Shown here: positions 37,171-48,129 of the stretch, piece by piece
Layout: every line of letters begins with the position of its first letter
Numbering within the stretch: the first letter of the stretch is position 1
NCBI GenBank assembly: GCA_020137815.1
Contig: CM035353.1
Span: 4,774,001 to 4,838,000 of the forward strand
Direction: 5' to 3'
Source: Hormiphora californensis
Taxonomy: Eukaryota > Animalia > Ctenophora
Length of the DNA stretch: 64,000 bases
Notes under the pieces: generated by a model
Told to the model about the DNA's origin: nothing
What the model saw: only the letters and a program-made list of their open reading frames with translations
Databases searched by the model: none
Position numbers and translations under genes: made by a program

Positions 37171-39311
37171 ATTTCACGGACAGCATGGTTACAGTTAAAG
37201 GGGGTTTCTACCATCAGCGACTTTCGTACATCACAGTGATAACATTTCCATTCTTTTAAATGAGATTAAGATGATGATAAAGAGATTTCCTGGACGTACT
37301 ACAATGTAATATACACCTACGGACATTAGCATCCAGGTTCGACGTTCATCTCAATAAACTAATTAGGTTATATCCTTAGAACCCTAGGAAAAGATTCATT
37401 ATAACATGCTTGTTTTTAGATATTTAAAGAGTATAGTTGATTTGGAGGTTGTCGTAATTAACCTCCGGGAGTTCTACACGTTCCCACGGGAGCTCCACGC
37501 TCCGGGCTCCCACTACATTCTGGAAACGCTACGTCATATTCAGCGATTTACTGGGGATTGATGATTTAGATTCTGCCCACAATATCTCCGATATGACATT
37601 GACAATTCGAGGAAGTCCGAGATATTGTGGTGGATTAAAGGGATTTTATTTCAGCAAGGTAATTTTATTAACTTGTACTACAAAACACATGCTTTTCTTG
37701 CATTAAAATTTATATATTTTGACCCAATCTTTCTGATTGTCATCATTTTTCTCAGAAACTCAAGTTACAACTGTACGGAACCGTCTGATACCCTGTTTAC
37801 AAGCTATACAGCAGTTCCCACGGGAGCTCCACGCTCCCACTACATTCTGGAGACGCTACATCTCATTCATCGATGTACTGGGGGTGGATGATGATCTTGA
37901 TAGCGCCGACAAACCCGAGATATTGTGGTGGATTAAAGGGGCTTTTCTTGAGCAAGGTATCTTCATTATATTGGACTACAAAACATATTATACTTTTATT
38001 AAATTCAAATTTATAATTTTTTTTAAAACTAACCAAAGTTTCTAATTATTTTCTCATCTTTCTCAGGAACTGAAACTTAGATTAGAACTAATTAGAAACC
38101 ATTTGTGTTCCAGACCCGGATAGCTAATTGGTGGTAGAACTCAAACAGCAGTTGGTTATACAGACATGAAGATTTTCCAATCTAAACCTTTTTCAGGCAA
38201 ATAGAGAGGAAATATTACTTCAACGTGAGTTGTGCTAAAGGAGATAGAGATAAAGTTTCAAAAGGTGTCCTGTGGCTCAAGAGATGACTGCTGGTGAGAG
38301 ATACACCATGGAAAAATTAGGGCTGCAATACAGTGGGGAAACACCTGGCCCTAACGTGTTTCAGGGAGGTAAATATCTGATTCACTACATTAAATATACC
38401 ATCACATTTTGTCTTTGTTTATTACAGTTAGTTAGTAATGACATTTTCATTTTAGATGAGATTAAGATGATGATAAAGAGATTTCCGGGGCGGACATTAT
38501 ATACCTACGGCCACCTCTCATCCAGGTTCGAGGTTCATCTCAATAAACTAATTAGCTTGTTTCCTAGAACCCTAGGAAAAAATTCATTATAACATGCTTG
38601 TTTTTAGATATTTAAAGGAATTGGTAGACCCGGAGGTTGTCGTGATAGACCTCCGGGAGTTCTACACGTTCTCACGGGAGCTCCACGCTTGGACGAGCTC
38701 TGGTTTGCAACTGTCATCCCCGAGTTGGAGTCCCGAACCGTGCCAATTATCTCAGTCAATATGAGGTCGAGGGTAGTAGCGATCATTCCGGAGCCTCAGC
38801 GGTCAAAGAGTATAGTTGATTCGGAGGTTGTCGTGATAGACCTCCGGGAGTTCCCACGGGAGCTCCACGCTCCCACTACATTCATACATGGATGATGATC
38901 TCGATAGCGCCGAGATATATTAATTGGACTACAAAACATATTATACTTTTATTAAATTCAACTTTATCATTTATTAATTAATTGTCTCATCTTTCTCAGG
39001 AACTGAAACCATTTGTGTTCCAGCCCCGGATAGCTAATTGGTGGTAGAACTCAAACAGTAGTTGATGATACAGACATGAAGGTTTTCCAATCTAAAACTT
39101 TTTCAGGCAAATAGAGAGGAAATATTACTCAAGCAAGAGCTGAAAGTCCTCAAATCGAGGAGCTCTTGCTGAAACGTGAGTTGAAAGTACTAAAGGAGAT
39201 AGAGATAAAGTTCCAAAAGGTGCAAAAAATAAGGAAACTACGCCAATAAAGGTGATTTCACAACAATATAATTCTTTACAAAAACTAATTCATATATATT
39301 TGTATATTATA

Positions 39312-39626
39312 TAAATTAAGCCAAAAACTAATTGAAATTAGTTGGCGGGAAAGGTGACCCACTTACACCTTTTGCTACTGCCGGGTATCACCACGAACTC
39401 TCATTCTATCCCTCGGTATCTCCATCTCTTATTTTTCGAGGGTAACTTATTCCTGGTTAGGTCTATCCACTATAATCAAGGGGAAAGGAGCTATAAGAGA
39501 GCGGCGAGAGCGTATCCCCTATGCGATAGAGGCGCTCTCGCGAGATCGCGAGAGAGTCTAGGATCTCGCAGCGACTCTCGTCTCTGCTCTCTCTCTCTCT
39601 CTCTCTCTCTCCTCTCTCTCTCCTCT

Positions 39627-39666
<40 letters not shown>

Positions 39667-39796
39667 TATCACACTCTCTTTCACTGTTTTATTCCATTAT
39701 ATTCACCTCTTATATCCCTGATCCCGGCAGCAGGCAAAGGTGTAAGTGGGTCACCTTTCCCGCCAACTAATTTCAATTAGTTTTTGGCTTAATTTA
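39312..39796. mobile_element. Foldback/TIR element with internal (CT)n
   Basis: ~72-bp TIR taaattaagccaaaaactaattgaaattagttggcgggaaaggtgacccacttacacc and its reverse complement. Confidence 0.85.
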
Positions 39797-40788
39797 GGTC
39801 CCTTTTTGGTTTCTAATCGCAGCATGACACTATTTCATGATTTAATATTGTCGAAATGATGCGCTATATGAGAAACGAGACGAATTTCTGTGAAAATCGT
39901 ATTTTAGACGTCATAATGACGTCATTTGACGTAATTAGTGACGTCGTAACGACGTAATTGCATCACGATATATTTTTAATCAATACCCCAAAGGAGCTTG
40001 TAAAGTTTCATTGACCACAGTGGTCAGGAAAGGGAGTTTTTGCTCGAAAAACGTTCAATTTGCTGAATTTTTCGTCAAATTTTTGACTTCCGACGCGATT
40101 TAAGGGCTCAAAATGATAAGCTACGAAAATTCGCTATAGTGAATCTGAAAGTTCAGACGATTTGCCGGTAACGATTTTTCGTCAAATCAGAAATCGGAAC
40201 ACGTCTTCAGGGTGCTAGAGGCGTTTGAAAAAAGTTAGTCGGTCTCGCGCAATGACGTCACTCATGACGTCACTGCGCGCGTCATAGATAAGATGGAGAG
40301 TCGCCACCCAGATGGGTACATGCACGAGACAATTGTCTGTCGAATGCCGCTTGGTTTAAGGTCGTACAATGTCTGGTTCGTCTCAAACTGGGACAAAACG
40401 GAAGGTAACAAAGCGTCTATCCATGTATGTATGTATCAACCTAGTTATCCCCACACTGAATTTTCTGTTTTGGGGGTGGTGTTATAACTTTTGAACAAAA
40501 AGAGCCAGTCACTTGAAATTTTTACCATCGATAGAGGTCTACAAGAAGCTTCTAAGTACAAAATTTCAGCTTCCTAGCTCTTCCGGTTCGGGAGTTATGG
40601 CATATCAAAAAGTGCCAAAATGGGCTAAAAGTATGAAATAACTATATATACGCTGTGAGCAAGCGGGCCGTTTTTGGGGGAAATTTTTTTCGGGGGATGG
40701 ATGGGGTCACCTTTGCGCTTGCCAGCGCAGTGATAATATATTCATACTATTTCCTCGGTCCATATCATCTGCACTTATTTTTGTTTAC

Positions 40789-40955
40789 ATGGGAGACATG
40801 GGAGGCGGTCCTGGGAGCGGCTAAGAACAGAGATGAGTCGGTGGTTATAGAGGTGGTGCTACGGCACTTGAAACTAGTGGACCCGCTGGAACAAGAGTAC
40901 ACCGACTGCCATCGGTGTGGTCGACTGGGGCACCAAGGGGCGAGGTGCGGGAGAT
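40789..40955 (+). pseudogene. CCHC zinc-knuckle protein fragment
   Basis: CHRCGRLGHQGARC (C-x2-C-x4-H-x4-C); the preceding helix is homologous to ORF 62801. Confidence 0.6.
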
Positions 40956-41583
40956 CTGAAGTGCCACACGTGCTCCCTGAGGATTGGAGGGAGCACTACA
41001 ATACATGTCACCCCGAGCTACGCCCCATCTGGCGACAACTAATATTCTTTCATTTAGGTACGTAATTATGCAGTTGTGTTTGAACCTCAGGGTTCAGCTA
41101 TTTTCCACTGAGACCTAGGGTTCAGGTATCGTTGCCTCTCCTCTATAGTTTATTCTATAGAAATCTAACACTGTTATCAATCAGGTCTGATACGATACAT
41201 CCAGTGCCGTGGTATCAGCTCGGAATCTGCCGAGACACTCCTGTGGCTGCACATGTGATAAAAAATGGACTGAAATTATTGCGACCGATTTGGCGACATC
41301 TCATATTCTCGGAATTCGGTATGGCATTCTGATCTATATATTTTGTTTATACGTATACTTTTATTTCAGATTATTTTTTCATGTACAAAGTTTGCTAATT
41401 ATTCTCTATTTATAGCAGAATAGTCCTCCCCTCCACAAATACAGGGGCAGGTTGGAGCTCTAAAAGAGAAGAAGGGAGGTTGATAAGACGGAACAGCCAG
41501 CTCCAAAGTACCTAGAATAAATATAATTAATAGAGAATTAATATAAAATATTCCTCAGTTTTTACCATTATATGGATCATATA

Positions 41584-43099
41584 CAGGGTGTCCCATATAT
41601 TCTCCGGGTCGGTTGGCGAGCTGTCACGCAAAAACGGTGATAGTTGTGTGAAAACAAACTGCGGGAGTGTGCTGGATTAATTCCTTCCTAACTGATGGCT
41701 TTGTTTTAAAATTAAATTTCAAAAGTTCATTTTTCATGAATGAACATTGCTGCCGTTCATTCATGAATTCTGAAATATTGTTTACCTTGAGTAAGTAACT
41801 TTTCTTTGGCTCGCAATTATCTTTCCATTGAGCACCATAAAACTCAAATTGAAGCACCAGGTCACATGACAGTTGAGAAAATGAACATGCATGATTTTGG
41901 CTCTTTTTGCGACTTTCAATCGGCTGTATCACCGCTACCTTACCTTCAATCTTTTTGAAACTTTGGGTGAACATTGGATAAGCAAAGATCTTTGCTCACA
42001 AGAAAAATCAAGGTCAAAACTCAAAGTTCATTTTTAAGTTTTGGTAGTTCATTCCACTCATTCAGGAACCAACAACCCTAAAGTGATGGAAAAGTGTTGG
42101 ATTTTGTTTGGCCAATGTCCTGCAATGACAGAGAGGTGTAGTAACGTGTTTCCGGGCTAGTTAGTGGGTGTCCATGTGATCTTGGTGATACCTGACACCT
42201 TCACTGAGCAATAATCAAGGGATTTTCACGAATTCAAGCATGTGATTTGGGTTTTCTGTGATTGGTATCGTGCAGCAATGTTAAGAGATCTCATAGCCCC
42301 TCGAAAATGATGGTTAGTTCAATGAAATGAGTTGATTTATGATCGAAAATGGTCGTTGAGTTCAATGTGGCATCGGTTTTAATCTTATTGATCATAAATC
42401 AACTCAATTTATTCAACTTATCATCATTTTTGAGGTGCTATGTGATCTCTCAAGATTGCTGCACGATACCAATCGCAGTAGACCCGAATCACATGCTTGA
42501 ATTCGTGAAAATCCCTTGATTATTGCTCAGTGAAGGTGTCAGGTATCACCAAGATCACATGGACACCCACTAACTAGCCCGGAAACACGTTACTACACCT
42601 CTCTGTCATTGCAGGACATTGGCCAAACAAAATCTAACACTTTTCCATCACTTTAGGGTTGTTGGTTCCTGAATGAGTGGAATGAACTACCAAAACTTAA
42701 AAATGAACTTTGAGTTTTGACCTTGATTTTTCTTGTGAGCAAAGGTAGCGGTGATACAGCCGATTGAAAGTCGCAAAAAGAGCCAAAATCATGCATGTTC
42801 ATTTTCTCAACTGTCATGTGACCTGGTGCTTCAATTTGAGTTTTATGGTGCTCAATGGAAAGATAATTGCGAGCCAAAGAAAAGTTACTTACTCAAGGTA
42901 AACAATATTTCAGAATTCATGAATGAACGGCAGCAATGTTCATTCATGAAAAATGAACTTTTGAAATTTAATTTTAAAACAAAGCCATCAGTTAGGAAGG
43001 AATTAATCCAGCACACTCCCGCAGTTTGTTTTCACACAACTATCACCGTTTTTGCGTGACAGCTCGCCAACCGACCCGGAGAATATATGGGACACCCTG
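41584..43099. mobile_element. Tc1/mariner-type foldback element, TA TSD, ~750-bp inverted arms
   Basis: TA|cagggtgtcccatatattctccgggtcgg .. ccgacccggagaatatatgggacaccctg|TA. Confidence 0.9.
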
Positions 43100-43637
43100 T
43101 ACAGACAACGGAAGTTGGGATATACATGTAGTACCACCTTTGTCCCCGACAATTGGAGACAAATACAAATTAAAAGTTTGGTGAAAAGATGACAAAAATG
43201 ATAATAGCTTTCGCAATGAGTGATAACTTTTTACCATACTACATTGTTTTGAAACTTGATCACCGTAGGTTTTGGAAATACCACCACCCTTAACCCTAAA
43301 AAGCACGCCGAAAATCGAAATCGAATTGCTCACTACCAATTGGATATTCAGCCTTCGGACAACGACTTTGTCGGTTCGCGTCATCACTGATCGACAACCT
43401 GGGAAACGGCGTGCCACTAACAGGCGACTTCTTCATAAGTTCACCAATGATCTTTCGAACATGAGCCTTTTAGTGCCGCTTGGAGCCGTGGATAAGTCCG
43501 AACAGTCCGACCGTTGAGAAATGCACAAGGAGATTTTCGAAGTATCGACTTTTGGTAATTGTATTTCCCTAATTAATAAGTTTAATTTTGAACAACGGGG
43601 GGAACAAGAAATACAAGTTTCTTTGGAAGCCAATCTC

Positions 43638-43855
43638 ATTAACATGGTGTTACATTTATTTAACCAGGGATCAGCATGGTGTTACACCAAATAGCACTAA
43701 ATCAATTAATTGCAATTAATTGCAATTAATTGAAATGGGATTGAAAGTTATAGTGAATAATTAACACATATCACATGGTGTGACGTCATGGATCACGTGA
43801 TCTGCAATTAAGCGCAGTCATGTGACGGCGCTCATTGCACACTTTTCCGACTATT
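43638..43855 (-). mobile_element. Polinton/Maverick-type terminal repeat (right end), copy 3, diverged
   Basis: Colinear with 9867-10113 from attaacatggtgttaca to ttttccgactatt. Confidence 0.6.
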
Positions 43856-43865
43856 CATACCGATC

Positions 43866-44210
43866 GACAGTAGTTGGAGGAGATCTAATGACTAAGGAGA
43901 GATATGACAGCTGTCAATTGGCCAAAGCTGACGAACTGCAGTCATGTGTCCGTCCAATGGTACCGGTATTCGAGGACTGGCACGCTTTACAGGCTCTTCT
44001 GCAAACTGGGCCTACAAACTGCAGTACGGCAGTGTAGGGACCATAGCTGGTAATGCGTGTTTATTTGAAAATAAACGTACCATGACTAAAGGCAGTAAAG
44101 ACAATATCATCCGGCATGTGAAACAAAACAATGTGGCATGTTTGGACATGATGCGTCTTCAAACTGAAGTTTGTATTGTTGGGTTTTGGAACAATTATAA
44201 GGAGGGTAAG
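43866..44210 (+). pseudogene. DUF6589-like (transposase-associated) remnant
   Basis: GGDLMTKER..PVFEDWHALQALL, then GTI..NVACLDMMRLQTEVCIVG in another frame; resembles the GGDQLTxER..EDWH..GTL..NACxDF family. Confidence 0.55.
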
Positions 44211-45533
44211 TGTCTCGGGCTGGAAGAAGATCTTTCAGATAAAGAACCTGATACTGAAGGGCCACGTCAAGACCATGCTTAAGGGTATCATTCGCCCAAA
44301 GCACCTCCAATATCAGCTGGGAGGAGGAAAGGGGTTTTCCCACGACTGCCCTCACTGTGACAATCAAGGGTATATAAATTACCATATCCAGAAAAACCAT
44401 CCAGGATTACAGTTGATAGGCATACAGTTGATAGGCATATTTTAGAGGTTATATGTGCAGAAGGGGAATTTCTCAGCCTGGAAGAAGACCTATCAGATCA
44501 AGAACATTACAGCTTGTTGAAGAGGTAAAAACGATGCTGGAAGAGATTATCCGTCCCCGGCACCTGTCCTTCAGTAAGAAAAAGAGTTTGAATGCCAACA
44601 AGGAAACTAGTAAAAAGGACACTAGTAATTTGTTTACTAGTTACCAACGATTAGATAAACCTGCAGGCAATAGGTTAGAAAATGAATTTATAACAAGTAA
44701 CCATATAGTTAATATTTTGATTTATTTGATTATATACTATCGATACTGAAAGTGCTGCTAAATTACCCAGAATTAATATTAACTATCCCTCAGTACTATA
44801 CTGGTTACTACCCTGGCACGTTCTTGGGCACGTCGCGCCCCTCATGCGAATCACCGACATATGTTCCCCCGGAGAGTCCACCAGGCACCGCGGAGAGTAC
44901 AGCTCCAGTACATCAGATCTCCCGGATCTCCCCCAAACCCGACCGCCGACGAATCATGAGGTTACAAGTTCTAGCTTTAAAACAGGAAAATTCCCCTCAG
45001 AATTCAAGATGCCATCACCAAAATCGTCGCCTTGTTCCGTTAACAGCCTAACTCCAGAGGTTGGTAGTTCTACGGATACAGATCAGCTCCCCGAACTCCA
45101 GCCCCCGAACCCGGTAAGTTAGTACGTTCATTGCTGCATCCCCATATAGTTTAAATCTTTATTTATTTAATTATATACTATCGATACTGAAAGTACTGCT
45201 AAATTACCCAGAATTAATATAAACTATCCCTCAGTATTTTGACGGGTATTGGCCAGGATGGGGTTACGTGTCTCCATCTTATCGGCCCTCTTATCCCTAC
45301 ACGGGTTTTTACCCAGGAACATTAGTATCACCGACATATGCCAACAGGCAACAGGCTAGAACCACTAATCAGCGGATATAATTGAGCCAGTTTATGTCAG
45401 TAATTGATATTTTATATGATTGATTGTCTTATATTAAAAGAATAAACAAAGTATCACACCCCAGGGCCCAATTACCCAACTTGTTTGAGTGGGTCTGCGA
45501 GTCTTATAATGAAGGATCTTATTTAACTTCACC

Positions 45534-45736
45534 TCGTTATCAGGTGCGGTCCCCTCCTTTGATCATCGTGGAGAACCGTGTAGCGTATGCGGTGGAGACT
45601 ACCCAGTGTGCAGAAAAGGACAATGTGATCTTCTGCCAGCAAGGTTTCGACCAATTCTCGCCTCTGAAGAAGCCCTGGGACTGTTTTAACGCGGGAGATT
45701 GTGACATGGAGGTTAGGGAATGTTCCACGGCCATGG
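45534..45736 (+). pseudogene. Fragment of a second, diverged F fusion gene
   Basis: YQVRSPPLIIVENRVAYAVETTQCAEKDNVIFCQQGFDQFSPLKKPWDCFNAGDCDMEVRECSTAM aligns with F at ~7490-7690 (YQVRPPELIIVDNRLAYAVETTQCVDKDGVIFCQQEF..). Confidence 0.9.
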
Positions 45737-45764
45737 GTTTTCGGCTCTAAATCTATTTTTAGTA

Positions 45765-45836
45765 ACACCTGGTGGTCGAGTGATCCATACCCGCCTTTCA
45801 CTCTCAAGGTCCGTGGTTCGAATCTTACCTTTTTTC
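45765..45836 (+). ncRNA. tRNA-Glu(TTC)-derived Pol III-like unit (SINE head or pseudo-tRNA), with an inverted copy at 46299-46382
   Basis: CCTGGTGGTCGAGTG (A box), CTTTCAC anticodon-like loop, GGTTCGAATC (B box), followed by a T-run; stems are degenerate. Confidence 0.45.
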
Positions 45837-46642
45837 ATTATTATAAACACCAGGTGTTCTGTGTAAATTGAGAACACTCTACACTTACATCTTACGTCAT
45901 ATTGTTTTGTTATTTCTTAGTGCTTATTGTGCTCTTGGCGGTTTTCTCTCTGCTCCTACCCTGTTCCTTTCTACTTATCTCTATTCCTACCCTGTTCCTA
46001 CCTTATTCCTTTCTACATATTTATGTTCCTACCCTATTCCTTTCTACTTATCTCTATTCCTACCCTGTTCCTTTCTACTTATCTCTACGATGAATGATCA
46101 TTCGGTGATTATGAATGATCATTCGGTAATTATGAATGATCATTCGATAGTCATTATTGTTGTAAAAAACGAAACTCTGTTGGTGGTTAAAGTTTCTACA
46201 TACAAACCGGCTATCGGTGACTGGCGAAGGGGCCTTCGGCCCCTTCGCTAACGTTTCCATGGAAGGGGTCTTCGGCCACTTCCAGGGAAACGTTTATGTC
46301 GAACCACGGACCTTGAGAGTGAAAGGTGGGTATGGATCACTCGACCACCAGGTGTTACTAAAAATAGATTTAGAGCCGAAAAACCGGTCCGTTTCCCCAG
46401 CACAACTTAGAAATTTTATCCTTTTGAAAATAGAGGGAGGGAATTATCTGATCCAGGGCGGGGATTCCATGTAATGACCAGACTAGGTGGCACCCCTTAG
46501 TATAAAAATACTGATCATCACCCAATTTTTCAGACACTTGCTGGATCTGTTCTTGGGAACTTCGATCCTGACCTTGACTATCGATCCTGTCCTTGCTATG
46601 GATAACTACCACACTCAATCTCCCCCGATATTTATATCTACT

Positions 46643-47686
46643 GTAAGTGTTCACTACCCATGAACGTACATGAACCATTTAGTACTGCTAATGTAATCTG
46701 TAATTATAGTAATTAAAATAAGTTTGATGATAGATACAGCTCAGACAATAAGAGTTCTTCCCCGGAGAAGACCCCCCATGATGGAGGATACAGCACTCCA
46801 GAAATTTACCAAGTCATCAGGTTGTAGAGAAAACAGGAGGAGCAATCAACTTAATTAACTTCACTCCCTGTACGAAACAGGAGCTCGAACAAGAGAAAGA
46901 TGAAATAACGAAGGTATAAAATTAAGGACAGACGATGAGCTAATACTAATAATTTCAGCTCAACGTAGCAAGAAGCAAGAACCCGTGTGCGATGTACTCT
47001 CTGCTACATCTGATGCTGCGCCAGATGGCAAGTATCATCATGAGGATAAAATGTAATAGGTTTTGTCTGTGGCTAGCGGGAGATCAGTATGCGTTGGACA
47101 CTTTAGAGACATCATCACCCGGTCAAGAGGAACGACACAAGACCTCTGTCGGATCTGCTTAAGGTCACGAAAGGTATCCTGCTGATAGACGACTTCCTGG
47201 TTGAGATCAACCACCCCTTCACAAGAGATAACTAGTGTTACTATGTAACCGTGTGTAGAGAGAGTAAACAAAGGTATAATAAAAATGGAGGAAATAAGAT
47301 GAGATCTCAATAACGGATGGAGGAAGAAGAAATGGAGGTATTTGATACCTGCCACTGCCAGACTGAGGTCGCACCGGAATGTATCAGACCGATCATTGAG
47401 AGGCAGGGCCATCTCTCGGAGGTTCTTCAGGATTGTGGACCCCCTCCTCCTCGCGCTGACGCCTGGCACCCCTGTACTTGTCACCTGCACCGGTCTGCGG
47501 TGTTTGGTACCTGTCCGAACAAACACAACGATTATAAAGAGCCCAACATGCCAGTCGAGAAGATAATACCTTTCTTAGTTGAGCATGCAGAAAGGAACCA
47601 ACAAAACACAACGGAACCAACAAAACACAACGATTATAAAGAGGGTGTCAATACCTGTCGGAACCAACAAAACACAACGATTATAA
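46643..47686 (+). repeat. ~1-kb module duplicated at 51852-52759; includes a paralog remnant of accessory ORF 8254-8907
   Basis: RLRSHRNVSDRSLRGRAISRRFFRIVDPLLLALTPGTPVLVTCTG vs RLRSMRGASVRSGRAAEMRRRLFRILDPLLDCLNPETPVMITCQG. Confidence 0.85.
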
Positions 47687-48129
47687 CTTCGTGTTTTGAG
47701 CCACTGCAGTGACTCCAACAAGGGCAGGTTAGAGCTCTAACGAAGCAGAGATATGGTAGATAAGATGAAACAACTGCAAAATGTTATTATATAACAATTA
47801 TAACAGCCAGCTCCATTCCTCAGACATTCCCGGAACAGGACTCTTCGGCATCAAAAAACGTACAATAGGAAGTGTAGGTTCGGGGAACTTGTACAACAAA
47901 CACTCAGAAGGGGCGGCGGGGAGCATGTTATTGAATCCGTGTACGAAAGATTTTAATTCTCTGAGTAGTGTTGTATCACCCACACTTCCTGATCAATCAC
48001 CAGATCACCACTATGACATTGACGCATGCGGGGGGCAAGTTTATGTATTCATAGAAGGGTTTTTTACAGTCCGGCCCTGAGCTTCACACACCTACAGACG
48101 ATGGAATAGAGGACATGTAGACTGTGTGA

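Larger units (their letters stand above)
33130..39250 (+). repeat. Array of reshuffled paralogous spliced-gene modules (LNLTSAERD, GQVxALT..LPEDW..CHPELRPIWRHL, FPRELHAPTTFW, AQEMTAGE)
   Basis: Each module occurs 2-5 times, e.g. 33130/34100/36555, 34880/37420/38610, 35120/38272. Confidence 0.85.

Noticed and set aside
27854-43059. Mirror-image ORF pairs (27854/27895, 39342/39463, 41624/42751)
   Set aside because: By-products of foldback arms and microsatellites; no coding hallmarks.
43869-43878. AGTAGTTGGA as a left Polinton end
   Set aside because: Match stops after 10 nt and lies within the V-V-G-G-D codons of the DUF6589-like remnant.
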